Shown piece by piece: positions 20,931-29,158 of a stretch of 50,836 bases of DNA. The notes below the pieces were generated by a model. It was not told the DNA's origin and did not search any database. It saw nothing but the letters and a program-made list of their open reading frames with translations. Positions within the stretch are counted from its first letter, which is position 1. Every line of letters begins with the position of its first letter. Both the position numbers and the translations under genes were made by a program. The DNA lies in contig JBDRHN010000058.1 of NCBI GenBank assembly GCA_043816765.1, positions 1 through 50,836 on the forward strand, in the 5' to 3' direction. The stretch comes from a bacterium. Its GTDB lineage: Bacteria > Patescibacteriota > Patescibacteriia > JBDRHN01.

Positions 20931-23900
20931 TCAATATTTAATCCCAACTTCAACTTCGTTTTCGCCAATTTTAACCTCTTTTTTCATCTCAATTTCACTC
21001 ATATCAACAGCAGAATATTTAACGCATAAAGTATCTTTTAAAATATCGCTTCCATACACTTTAAGAATCTCTTCTATCTCGCTATCTTTAGTATAGTATA
21101 TTTCCGCCGTATCGTTAATAGAGAGCCCCGCGTCTTTGCGTAAATTGTTTATTGTTCGCACAATTTCACGGGCGCAGCCTTCAAGTTCAAGTTCGTGGGT
21201 AATTTCTTTATTCAAAGCGATTTTAAACTTCTCCGTTTCTTTAACCGCCCAATTGTCGCCACTTTCTATTTCTTCAACTAAACTAACTTCTTTAACATTA
21301 AGTTCGTCTTTAATTAAATTAATTAATTCAATATTGACTTTTGACTTTTGACTTTTGACTTTCAATTCGCTTAACGGCTGTCGCACTTTAATCCCCTTTT
21401 CCGCCCTAGCTGACAAACCTTGTTCAACTATTTCTCTAATCAAACTCATCTCTTTAATAACATCCGCAGAGACGCATTGCAATGCGTCTCTGCCGTCCGG
21501 CCAACTTTCCAAATGCACCGATTTATTTTCATCCTCAAAATTATTCCCAGTAACTTTCTGCCAAATCTGCTCCGCGATAAACGGCATAAACGGCGCCATT
21601 ACTTTTGAGAGTTGCAACAAAACATACCCTGTTGTTTTTAAAGCAGAATTTTTGTCATTTTTATCTTCACCCTTAAACCTATCTCTTGATCTTCGTAAAT
21701 ACCAAGTTGAGAAATCATTTATGAAATCAGTAATAGGACGCGATGCTTTTGGCAGGTCGTATTTGTCCATGCCAACCGTTACGTCAGAAATTAGTTGATT
21801 TAATTTTGCTAAAATCCACTTGTCTAAAATATTTTCTGATTGCGGTTCTCCCAACGCGGGAGTCCCCTGATGGGAGACTCCCGCGGAGCAATGCAACTGC
21901 GGTTCCTCCAACGCTCCGCCGCAGTCTCCTGAAAGGGGTTGCGGCGCGGGACAACCCAACGTTCCGCCGCAGTCTCCCCGCGGGGACTGCGGCGTGGGAG
22001 CGAACTTGAGCTCTTCATTATTTTGATCAACTACACATCCGCAATCACCAGCATAAATTTCATAAAACTTATAAACATTCCAAAGAAGCATAATATTCTT
22101 TCTCAGCGATTCCACAACTCCGCTTTCGGAAAAGTTTAAATTTTCCGCCGCCATGACCGGCGAAGTTAATAAATAAAAACGCAAAGCGTCAGCTCCGTAG
22201 CGATCGAGAATCAACATCGGGTCGGGATAATTTTTTAATTTCTTTGACATTTTTTTACCGTCTTCGGCAAGCACGATTCCGTTTACTATTACGTTGTTAT
22301 ATGCGCGCGTATCTTTTATTCCAACAGCAATAGCGTGCATGTAGTAAAACCAACATCTGGTCTGATCAATTCCTTCGGCGATAAACTCTGCCGGAAAATT
22401 TTTCTCAAACTTTTCTTTATTTTCAAAAGGATAATGCGCTTGAGCATAAGGCATTGAGCCTGAATCAAACCATGTATCCAAAACATCGGGAATGCGTTTC
22501 ATCTCGCCATCGCATTTTTCGCACTTGAATGTTATTTCATCAACGACGTGCTTGTGGATGTCGATTTCTTGTCCGTCTTCGTTTAAATAAAAAACTTCCA
22601 TTCTGCCTTTGGGAAGATTTTCTTCGCTCGCAAAATATTCTTGCGTGTTATAATTTCGAATTACTTTTTTGATTGCCGGACTGACTCCGCTGTGGCTTGC
22701 GACTAAAACGGTTTTTCCTTTGTGCTCTTCAACGACTTTTTTTATAAATTTTTCTACTCGTGCTACCATGTCCGCTCTACTCTCTCCTGTAAGCCCGAAT
22801 TTAAAATTATATTTCTCCTCGCCACTTAATTTTTTATATTGTTTATAATCGTCTTTTTCGGATAATTCTTCTTTTTTGGTATTTTCCCACTCGCCGTGAT
22901 TAAACTCAGCTATTAAATCGTCTGTTATTATGTCAGCGCTAACCTTATTCTTCATGATTTCCGCTGATTCTTTGGCGCGAATTAATGGTGAAGAAATGAT
23001 GACATCAACTTCGTCTTCAATAGAATTCGTAACATCTTGTATTTGCTTTCGTCCTTTTTCGGTTAACTTAAATTTATTAACATCACTAGATCTTACGTTT
23101 AAAATATTGTTTTCGCTTTCTCCGTGTCTGACAAAAATCAGTTTTGTAATCGGTTGAACACTATTTTTACTCAACTCGTCAATTGACCCAATTACTTTAA
23201 GTTCCCCGCATTTCTCGCATTTCCAAATCGGAATTACCGATGCCCAAAATCTCTGCCTGCTGATTGACCAATCGCGCGCGCCCTCAAGCCAATTTCCAAA
23301 ACGGCCGTCTTTTATATATTCGGGAGACCAGTTTATGTCTTTTGCGTTTGCTAACATTTGCTCTTTAATTTTTGTGATGCTCACAAACCACGATGATGTG
23401 GCGTAATTCAAAAGCGGCGTGTCGCATCGCCAGCAATGCGGATAGCTGTGTTCATATTTTTCTTTTGAAAATAATAAATTATGATGAGCCAGATATTTTA
23501 TAATTTCAATGTCGGTTTTTGTGTGGTCGCCGAGTGTTTTCACGCTCATTCCCGCAAAATCCGTTGCTTCTTTTTTTACAATTCCATCCATTCCGATGTG
23601 TTGAACAAAAGGCAAATTATATTTTTTGCCCAAATTCATATCGTCTTCTCCGAATGCCGGCGCGATATGAACAACGCCTGTCCCCTCTTCTGTTGTAACA
23701 AAATCCCCGGCGTAAATCTTCCAGCCGTTTTCTTTGTTTTCTAAATTTTCGTTGTTGGAGTAATAATCAAATACTGGCTTATACTTTTTGCCAATCAAAT
23801 CTTTGCCTTTGAATTCTTCAATGATTTCAAATTCTTTATCTTTTAAAACATCGCTAATTCTGTCTTTTGCTAAAATATAAAATTCATCTGCCGTTGAATT

Positions 23901-24920
23901 ATCTTCATCCTTTTGATATAATTTATTCAATGCGGGGGCAGCAGGTTTGCTTGGCGAGTCCGATAAACTGCGCCTATGGGGTTCAACTCCCCTTGCCTCC
24001 ACATTGCTTTTATTTATTTTAAAACTTGACAAATTCTCCTGATCTGCTATACTATTATTAAGTTTATCGGGCTCGCCATTATGCAAATCTGCAGGCGTAC
24101 CACTAACCGCTAATTTATTGGCGGTTTTTTGGTTAGACAATTTAACTTTCACATAATCAATATCCCCCCCCACCGCCAAAGCAACATTCCCAATCAACGT
24201 CCACGGCGTTGTTGTCCAAGCCAAAACATAAGTATTCTCATCAGTAATAAAATTGCCAATTTTTTGTCCTGCTTCAAGTTTAAACTTAACAGTCGCAGAT
24301 AAATCTTTCACATCCTTATACCCCTCTGAAATTTCCGACTGCGAAAGTGTGGTTTCACATCGCGGGCAGATGTGCATTGAGCGGTATCCTTCGTAAATCA
24401 AACCTTTGTCGTAAAGCTCTTTAAACACATACCAAACAGATTCCATAAAATCCAAGTCCATGGTTTTGTAGCTGTTTTCCATATCCGCCCATCTCCCTAG
24501 CTTTGCCATAACTTTTTTCCATTCCTCCACATAGCCCAAAACTTTTGATCGGCACATTTCGTTAAACTTTGCTACGCCGATTTTTTCTACAATGTCTTTT
24601 TTGGCTTTTGAGCCGATCTCTTTCTCAACGATATTTTCAATCGGGAGTCCGTGGCAATCCCAGCCCCACCTTCTTTCAACCCTGTATCCTCTCATTGTCC
24701 AATACCGCGGCACGGCATCTTTCATAATGCTTGCGGCAATGTGTCCATAATGCGGCGTGCCGGTCGCAAATGGCGGGCCGTCATAAAAAACATAGTCGCC
24801 TTCCGGGTTATCTTTTTCAACCGATTTTTCAAAAATTTTATTTTCCTCCCAAAATTTTAAAACATCCTCTTCCATTTGAGGGAAACTGGTTTTTTCTTGT
24901 TGTTTGTTATTGTTTTGCAT
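20931..24920 (-). CDS. ileS: Isoleucyl-tRNA synthetase (type 2) with an inserted histidine-phosphatase domain and several DNA-derived insertions
   Basis: DGPPFATGTPHYGH, GWDCHGLP, WTTTPWT, DWSISRQR, KMSKK; ATG at 24920. Confidence 0.98.
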   Translation of the reverse strand: MQNNNKQQEKTSFPQMEEDVLKFWEENKIFEKSVEKDNPEGDYVFYDGPPFATGTPHYGHIAASIMKDAVPRYWTMRGYRVERRWGWDCHGLPIENIVEKEIGSKAKKDIVEKIGVAKFNEMCRSKVLGYVEEWKKVMAKLGRWADMENSYKTMDLDFMESVWYVFKELYDKGLIYEGYRSMHICPRCETTLSQSEISEGYKDVKDLSATVKFKLEAGQKIGNFITDENTYVLAWTTTPWTLIGNVALAVGGDIDYVKVKLSNQKTANKLAVSGTPADLHNGEPDKLNNSIADQENLSSFKINKSNVEARGVEPHRRSLSDSPSKPAAPALNKLYQKDEDNSTADEFYILAKDRISDVLKDKEFEIIEEFKGKDLIGKKYKPVFDYYSNNENLENKENGWKIYAGDFVTTEEGTGVVHIAPAFGEDDMNLGKKYNLPFVQHIGMDGIVKKEATDFAGMSVKTLGDHTKTDIEIIKYLAHHNLLFSKEKYEHSYPHCWRCDTPLLNYATSSWFVSITKIKEQMLANAKDINWSPEYIKDGRFGNWLEGARDWSISRQRFWASVIPIWKCEKCGELKVIGSIDELSKNSVQPITKLIFVRHGESENNILNVRSSDVNKFKLTEKGRKQIQDVTNSIEDEVDVIISSPLIRAKESAEIMKNKVSADIITDDLIAEFNHGEWENTKKEELSEKDDYKQYKKLSGEEKYNFKFGLTGESRADMVARVEKFIKKVVEEHKGKTVLVASHSGVSPAIKKVIRNYNTQEYFASEENLPKGRMEVFYLNEDGQEIDIHKHVVDEITFKCEKCDGEMKRIPDVLDTWFDSGSMPYAQAHYPFENKEKFEKNFPAEFIAEGIDQTRCWFYYMHAIAVGIKDTRAYNNVIVNGIVLAEDGKKMSKKLKNYPDPMLILDRYGADALRFYLLTSPVMAAENLNFSESGVVESLRKNIMLLWNVYKFYEIYAGDCGCVVDQNNEELKFAPTPQSPRGDCGGTLGCPAPQPLSGDCGGALEEPQLHCSAGVSHQGTPALGEPQSENILDKWILAKLNQLISDVTVGMDKYDLPKASRPITDFINDFSTWYLRRSRDRFKGEDKNDKNSALKTTGYVLLQLSKVMAPFMPFIAEQIWQKVTGNNFEDENKSVHLESWPDGRDALQCVSADVIKEMSLIREIVEQGLSARAEKGIKVRQPLSELKVKSQKSKVNIELINLIKDELNVKEVSLVEEIESGDNWAVKETEKFKIALNKEITHELELEGCAREIVRTINNLRKDAGLSINDTAEIYYTKDSEIEEILKVYGSDILKDTLCVKYSAVDMSEIEMKKEVKIGENEVEVGIKY
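21335..21363. repeat. 7-mer tandem (TTGACTT)n in frame in ileS (KVKSQKSKVN)
   Basis: About four copies of gactttt. Confidence 0.8.
21466..21493. repeat. Family-C 28-bp perfect palindrome in frame in ileS (GRDALQCVSA)
   Basis: gcagagacgcattgcaatgcgtctctgc; same peptide as the polA insert. Confidence 0.92.
21848..22001. repeat. Three family-A palindromes in frame in the ileS anticodon-binding domain
   Basis: Units at ~21848-21889, 21913-21951 and 21961-22001. Confidence 0.92.
23894..23922 (+). promoter_or_regulatory. Antisense promoter P1 inside ileS
   Basis: TTGAAT-N17-TATAAT with extended -10 (TGaTATAAT), 11 nt upstream of the tRNA-like element. Confidence 0.75.
23934..24001 (+). ncRNA. 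tRNA-like RNA: Ala-type acceptor stem (G3.U70, A73), GAU anticodon, miniature D arm
   Basis: GGGGGCA/TGCCTCC-A acceptor; GCA-GGTT-TGC; GGCGAGT-CCGATAA-ACTgCGCC; GGGG-TTCAACT-CCCC T arm; CCA not encoded. Confidence 0.8.
24026..24053 (+). promoter_or_regulatory. Antisense promoter P2 inside ileS
   Basis: TTGACA-N16-TATACT with extended -10 (TGcTATACT). Confidence 0.75.
24060..24130 (+). ncRNA. Putative small RNA antisense to the tRNA-like RNA
   Basis: 24061-24078 pairs with 23952-23969 and 24083-24092 pairs with 23941-23950 (one G.U each); has its own promoter and terminator. Confidence 0.7.
24105..24130 (+). terminator. Intrinsic terminator of the antisense cassette
   Basis: AACCGCTAA-ttta-TTGGCGGTT followed by TTTT. 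Confidence 0.75.
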
Positions 24921-24930
24921 AAAATATATT

Positions 24931-25794
24931 TTAAACTTTAATTTCTTGCGCCTTTCGCGCAAATCCTCTAAATAATTCTACTCTTCTCAGCTTGTCGTAA
25001 CAAAAATCACATTCAAAAATAATTGTTCCGTCTTTCTTTTGAACCTCTCCATGCGCTTTGTTGTCTTTTTTGTCTTCATTTTTTTGAATTATTTCTATAA
25101 CTAACTCATCGTTTTTCTCAACATCATCAGCCTCAACATAGAAACGAACACTCATATTTTTATAAGCTGCGATTTTCTTTCTTTTTTCGCCTGCATTAAT
25201 TTTTGATAAGAGATAATAACTTCCCGCTTGTCCAACCATTTCAATCAGCCTAAATTTATTAAACTGACCATCACCCTCAAAATCTAAATCATTAACTTTT
25301 CTAGTGGCAACTACTTTATTTTCATCCAAATGGCAAATTTTATCTATCATAACTAAATCCCCTTCTTGCGGTAAAACTTTTCTCATTTCTTCTCCTTCAG
25401 ATATGATCTCTTTATAATCAATCTGTTCATTATTAACTTTTTCTTGCAAATTATCATCTTTAGAAAAAGTCGCTTCAAAGACTTTAAAATTTTTACCATA
25501 ACTTTCCATATAACCAAAAACAAAAATATTATTTCCCTGAATATGCATCTCGTAACTTATATCATCTAAATTAATTACGGGTAAATTAAATTTAGCGCCA
25601 TCTATTCTGCTAAACTCAAAACCATCTGGCAATTTTTTTTCTATTTCTCCCAAAATACGAAATGCCGGCGTAATATCCGCATGATTTTTTCGTTCTTTCG
25701 CTAAATAATTTAGCCTATTTTCTCCTTCTATTTCTAATTTTCCACTTTCCACTTTTGGTTGTTCGTTTGGTGGTGTTAAATCTTCGTATCCCAT
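24931..25794 (-). CDS. Hypothetical protein with a C-terminal hotdog-fold (FabA/FabZ-like) domain
   Basis: LPQEGDLVMIDKI and LIEMVGQAG resemble FabZ-like motifs. Confidence 0.55.
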   Translation of the reverse strand: MGYEDLTPPNEQPKVESGKLEIEGENRLNYLAKERKNHADITPAFRILGEIEKKLPDGFEFSRIDGAKFNLPVINLDDISYEMHIQGNNIFVFGYMESYGKNFKVFEATFSKDDNLQEKVNNEQIDYKEIISEGEEMRKVLPQEGDLVMIDKICHLDENKVVATRKVNDLDFEGDGQFNKFRLIEMVGQAGSYYLLSKINAGEKRKKIAAYKNMSVRFYVEADDVEKNDELVIEIIQKNEDKKDNKAHGEVQKKDGTIIFECDFCYDKLRRVELFRGFARKAQEIKV

Positions 25795-25809
25795 AAAAAA
25801 TAATATTAA

Positions 25810-26010
25810 AAAATAAAAAACCCTCCAGCGTTTAGCTTAAGGGTCCTGATTTAGGACGGTACCACCTTAATTTCTCCTTTTTGGGGAGACACTTTTTATT
25901 TATAGCTGTTACGGGCTTTCCCGGCAGATTCTACTCCTTGTTTGAAAACAAGTTTCTTTCTGCAACGCAAGCGATTTGGTTCGCTTTTTATCTAGTGATA
26001 GCTAGATATT
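25810..26010 (-). promoter_or_regulatory. Ile T-box riboswitch leader
   Basis: T-box AAGGTGGTACCG (25857-25868), AGTAGA-ATC-TGC with ATC (25927-25929) as likely Ile specifier, GCCCGTAA stem-II-like motif, downstream CCCT...AGGG-T-run terminator; upstream of ileS. Confidence 0.85.
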
Positions 26011-26023
26011 CAACGTTTTTATA

Positions 26024-26051
26024 ATAGTAGCAAATATGGGAGTTTTGTCAA
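26024..26051 (-). promoter_or_regulatory. Promoter of the T-box/ileS transcript
   Basis: TTGACA-N16-TACTAT with extended -10 TG. Confidence 0.65.
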
Positions 26052-26054
26052 ATT

Positions 26055-26110
26055 GGGGAGATGAAATTGTAGGAACACGCCGCGGCGTGTTCCTACAATT
26101 TCATCTCCCC
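26055..26110. repeat. 56-bp perfect palindrome centred on a GTAG REP, supplying the capA-like stop codon
   Basis: ggggagatgaaattgtaggaacacgccg|cggcgtgttcctacaatttcatctcccc checked base by base. Confidence 0.92.
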
Positions 26111-27247
26111 TCTTCTTATCTCCTCAGCATACCCCTCATCAACCTCCGACCAATCAACCAAATTTTTTAAAAACTTTTCTTTCTCTTCACCTCCCATTAA
26201 TTCCGCTTGGCTTAATTTTGATTTGAGCGGGTAAATAAAAATTGATGTTTTCTCGTCCTCTATATTTATACCAATAGCCAAACTCTCTTGGGTTTCTTTG
26301 GAAAAATATTGGTCAAAAATAAAATTCCCCAGCGAATAAAAAATCGGCTTGTTTTTGTAAATTTCTATTCCTTGCGTTACGTGCGGATGATGTCCGATTA
26401 TAATGTCCGCGCCGGAGTCTATCAATGTATGGGCTAGGTCTTGTTGTGTTTTATTAAACTTGTTCGCGTATTCAATCCCCCAATGTATGTTTACAACCAC
26501 CAAATCCGTTGAATCGGCTAAATTTTTTATTTTTGTTTTTAGTTTTTCTGTGTTCAATTTTGTATAAACTGCGCTAAAACCCGCCATTCCTATTTTTTTG
26601 CCGGATATTTCCACTACTGTTGAACTGCAATCATCAATACCGCCATCCACGCATCCGCTGTGATAAAAATTCATGTCATCCAGATTTTTTATCATTTCCT
26701 CAACCCCTTGTCTGCCTTGATCGGATAAATGATTATTTGCAGTATTGAAAAAATTAAAATTATATTTTTTAAGCTGGTCTATCAAATCGGGATTAAAAGC
26801 AAAGTCATACGCCATCTGCGGCGCGTAATGCGCGCCATTGTTTGTCACAGCGCCTTCAAGGTTGCATCCAACCAAATCATTTCCTTGAAAAAATTTATTA
26901 TCTTCGCCTGCTAATTTTTCAAAAAGATAATCCAGTCCGTTCTCTTTAATTTTTATTCCAACGGTTCGGTCAAGCATCATGTCGCCGAAAAAAAGAAATT
27001 TGATCGCAGGGGGTTTTACTTCTACTGCCACTTTTTCTTTTTCCTGTTCTATTTCTTGTTTTTTTTCTTCTTCTTTTGGGGGTTGAACATCTTGGGTGCG
27101 AGAAAGGAGTTGAACACCCAAGGGGGTGTTCAACTCCTTTTCAGACGTTGGCTCGGATTTCTTGATTGAGAAAAAAATTATTCCTGCTTGCAGAAGGCAG
27201 AGTGGGATGAATAGAAATATTAGAAATTTGATGGTTGATTTTTTCAT
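26093..27247 (-). CDS. CapA family (PGA_cap) metallophosphoesterase-like protein
   Basis: GDMMLDR, NLEG, ANNH, HWG, GHHPHV, YSLGNFIFDQ. Confidence 0.92.
   Translation of the reverse strand: MKKSTIKFLIFLFIPLCLLQAGIIFFSIKKSEPTSEKELNTPLGVQLLSRTQDVQPPKEEEKKQEIEQEKEKVAVEVKPPAIKFLFFGDMMLDRTVGIKIKENGLDYLFEKLAGEDNKFFQGNDLVGCNLEGAVTNNGAHYAPQMAYDFAFNPDLIDQLKKYNFNFFNTANNHLSDQGRQGVEEMIKNLDDMNFYHSGCVDGGIDDCSSTVVEISGKKIGMAGFSAVYTKLNTEKLKTKIKNLADSTDLVVVNIHWGIEYANKFNKTQQDLAHTLIDSGADIIIGHHPHVTQGIEIYKNKPIFYSLGNFIFDQYFSKETQESLAIGINIEDEKTSIFIYPLKSKLSQAELMGGEEKEKFLKNLVDWSEVDEGYAEEIRRGEMKL
27103..27140. repeat. Family-D palindrome in frame in the CapA linker (KELNTPLGVQLL)
   Basis: aaaggagttgaacaccc-aagg-gggtgttcaactccttt. 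Confidence 0.85.
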
Positions 27248-27255
27248 AATTATTG

Positions 27256-27302
27256 CCTTGTGGAGGTTTAGCCTCCATAATGGAGGCTAAACCTCCACAA
27301 GG
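27256..27302. repeat. Family-D nested palindrome
   Basis: ccttgtGGAGGtttagCCTCCa-taa-tGGAGGctaaaCCTCCacaagg. Confidence 0.9.
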
Positions 27303-27435
27303 TGTTACTATTTTATTTTACACCATTTTGGAGATTTTGGTTAGTTTCTTGCAAAACCCCCGCCTTCCTGCTAAAATCAAACCAATCAACAGACTTTCAA
27401 CTTTATGGACTTTACAAACTTTTAACTAATTTACT

Positions 27436-28503
27436 ATGTCATTACAAGTCGGAATTGTCGGTTTGCCGAATGTGGGTAAATCAACGCTTTTCAAAGCATT
27501 AACCAAAAAACAGGTTTCAATAGAGAATTTTCCTTTTTGCACAATTGAGCCAAATGTCGGGTGCGTAACTGTTCCTGATGAGAGATTGGAAAAACTGGCG
27601 GAAATCTCTAAATCTAAAAAAATAGTTCCAACGACTATTGAATTTGTTGATATCGCAGGGCTTGTCAAAGACGCGCACAAAGGGGAAGGTCTTGGAAATA
27701 AATTTTTAGCAAACATCCGCGAAGTTGACGCCATCGCGCAAGTCGTTCGTGAATTTACGGATAGCAATATTGTTCATGTGCACAATGAGGTTAATCCAAA
27801 AAGCGACATTGAAATTATAAATTTAGAGTTAATTATTGCTGATCAAAATACCGTAAATAAAAGATTGGATGGCATTCAAAAAAAAGCTTTTGCTACAAAA
27901 GATAAAGATTTGGTTAAAGAGGTTTCTGTTTTGGAAAAAGTAAAAGCGGTTCTTGAGGATGGCAAGCTGGCTAATACGCTTCAGCTTGAAAAAGATGAGC
28001 AAAGGATTTTAAAGAGTCTGAATCTTCTGACCAGCAAACCATTTTTATATGTTTTTAATACTGATGAGGGCGTAAAAAATCCGACAGTTCCTGATTTGGT
28101 TGATAACTATGTTGCGATTTCAGCAAAAATTGAAGCGGAAATTTCAGAGCTAACTGACGAAGAGGCTAAAAACTTTTTGCAAGATTTGGGCATGGAAGAA
28201 ACCGGGCTTGATAAATTGATCAAGGCGTCATACAAACTTTTGGGTCTAAATACATTTTTAACTTCCGGCGAGCCTGAAACCAGAGCGTGGACTGTTCGGG
28301 CGGGAGCCAAAGCCCCTGAGGCGGCGGCAGTTATCCACACTGATTTTGAAAAAGGATTCATACGAGCCGAGGTTGCTGCTTATAAAAATTTTATTGAAAA
28401 TAACGGATGGCACGGGTGCAAAGAAAAGGGGTTGGTGAAAATAGAGGGGAAAGATTATGTTGTTCAAGATGGGGATGTGATTTATTTTTTGGTGGCGGCT
28501 TAA
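27436..28503 (+). CDS. ychF: Redox-regulated ATPase YchF
   Basis: [38 protein letters not shown]. Confidence 0.98.
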   Translation: MSLQVGIVGLPNVGKSTLFKALTKKQVSIENFPFCTIEPNVGCVTVPDERLEKLAEISKSKKIVPTTIEFVDIAGLVKDAHKGEGLGNKFLANIREVDAIAQVVREFTDSNIVHVHNEVNPKSDIEIINLELIIADQNTVNKRLDGIQKKAFATKDKDLVKEVSVLEKVKAVLEDGKLANTLQLEKDEQRILKSLNLLTSKPFLYVFNTDEGVKNPTVPDLVDNYVAISAKIEAEISELTDEEAKNFLQDLGMEETGLDKLIKASYKLLGLNTFLTSGEPETRAWTVRAGAKAPEAAAVIHTDFEKGFIRAEVAAYKNFIENNGWHGCKEKGLVKIEGKDYVVQDGDVIYFLVAA

Positions 28504-28522
28504 ATTTAAACAATTCTGTGGC

Positions 28523-28557
28523 ATTGTAGAGACACGCCAATGGCGTGTCTCTACAAT
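28523..28557. repeat. Family-C GTAG palindrome
   Basis: attgtagagacacgcca-a-tggcgtgtctctacaat. Confidence 0.9.
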
Positions 28558-28566
28558 AAATAATAT

Positions 28567-28598
28567 AAAAAACAGAGATCTTTCGATCTCTGTTTTTT
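28567..28598. terminator. Bidirectional intrinsic terminator downstream of ychF
   Basis: AAAAACAGAGATC-tttc-GATCTCTGTTTTT. Confidence 0.8.
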
Positions 28599-28845
28599 AT
28601 ATGGCAGGAAAACTGGGAACAAACCTTAAATGACAAAGTTAATATAAAGGCGCCCATATCCTGCCATTTTTTAGTATAGCATATTTTAAAAAAAACAAAA
28701 ATACCTCATGGAATCCAGAGGTATTTTCGCATCATTTTAAGACATTCTTTATATTAACAATAATATAATAGCATATTATTTTGTCTTTGTCAAAAAATAT
28801 ATAAATTCCACAGCTTGAATGTCAAAAAAACTTTATGTTATTTTT

Positions 28846-29100
28846 TTAATCTCCTTCAATTTCAACCAACTTCCAATAATCATTTTTTGAATCATTAATA
28901 ACAATATTCGCATTTTTTGCGATTGTTTCTTCTGAAAGCATTTCCAAATTAAACCTCAAATTTTCCGGAGTTATAGTCTGTCCGTGTTCAATGATTTGGC
29001 CCAGTTCAATCACTATTTTGCCAACCTTTTTAAAATTGTTTTCTTTCGCTTTTTCTAAAACTAATTTTATTATTTTATTTGCTTCGTGCAGATCGTGCAT
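28846..29100 (-). CDS. HypA-like hydrogenase nickel chaperone lacking the Zn-finger
   Basis: MHD N-terminus, LRFNL, LVEIEG; no CxxC motifs. Confidence 0.75.
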   Translation of the reverse strand: MHDLHEANKIIKLVLEKAKENNFKKVGKIVIELGQIIEHGQTITPENLRFNLEMLSEETIAKNANIVINDSKNDYWKLVEIEGD

Positions 29101-29108
29101 ATAATTTT

Positions 29109-29157
29109 AGTTCGTGGAGGTTCAGCCTCCAGTTTGGAGGCTGAACCTCCACGAACT
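29109..29157. repeat. Family-D nested palindrome
   Basis: agttcgtGGAGGttcagCCTCCa-gtt-tGGAGGctgaaCCTCCacgaact. Confidence 0.9.
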
Positions 29158-29158
29158 T

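Noticed and set aside
21848-22001. CRISPR-like array of repeated palindromes
   Set aside because: Units vary in sequence and orientation, gaps are only ~10-23 nt, no cas genes, and the same units are dispersed across the window
23934-24001. Canonical tRNA-Ile gene or full tmRNA
   Set aside because: D arm is vestigial, C33, bulged anticodon stem and Ala-type acceptor; no tag ORF or pseudoknot region for tmRNA
23886-24140. Intein or self-splicing intron in ileS
   Set aside because: No C/S...HN intein ends, too short, and no group I/II core motifs seen
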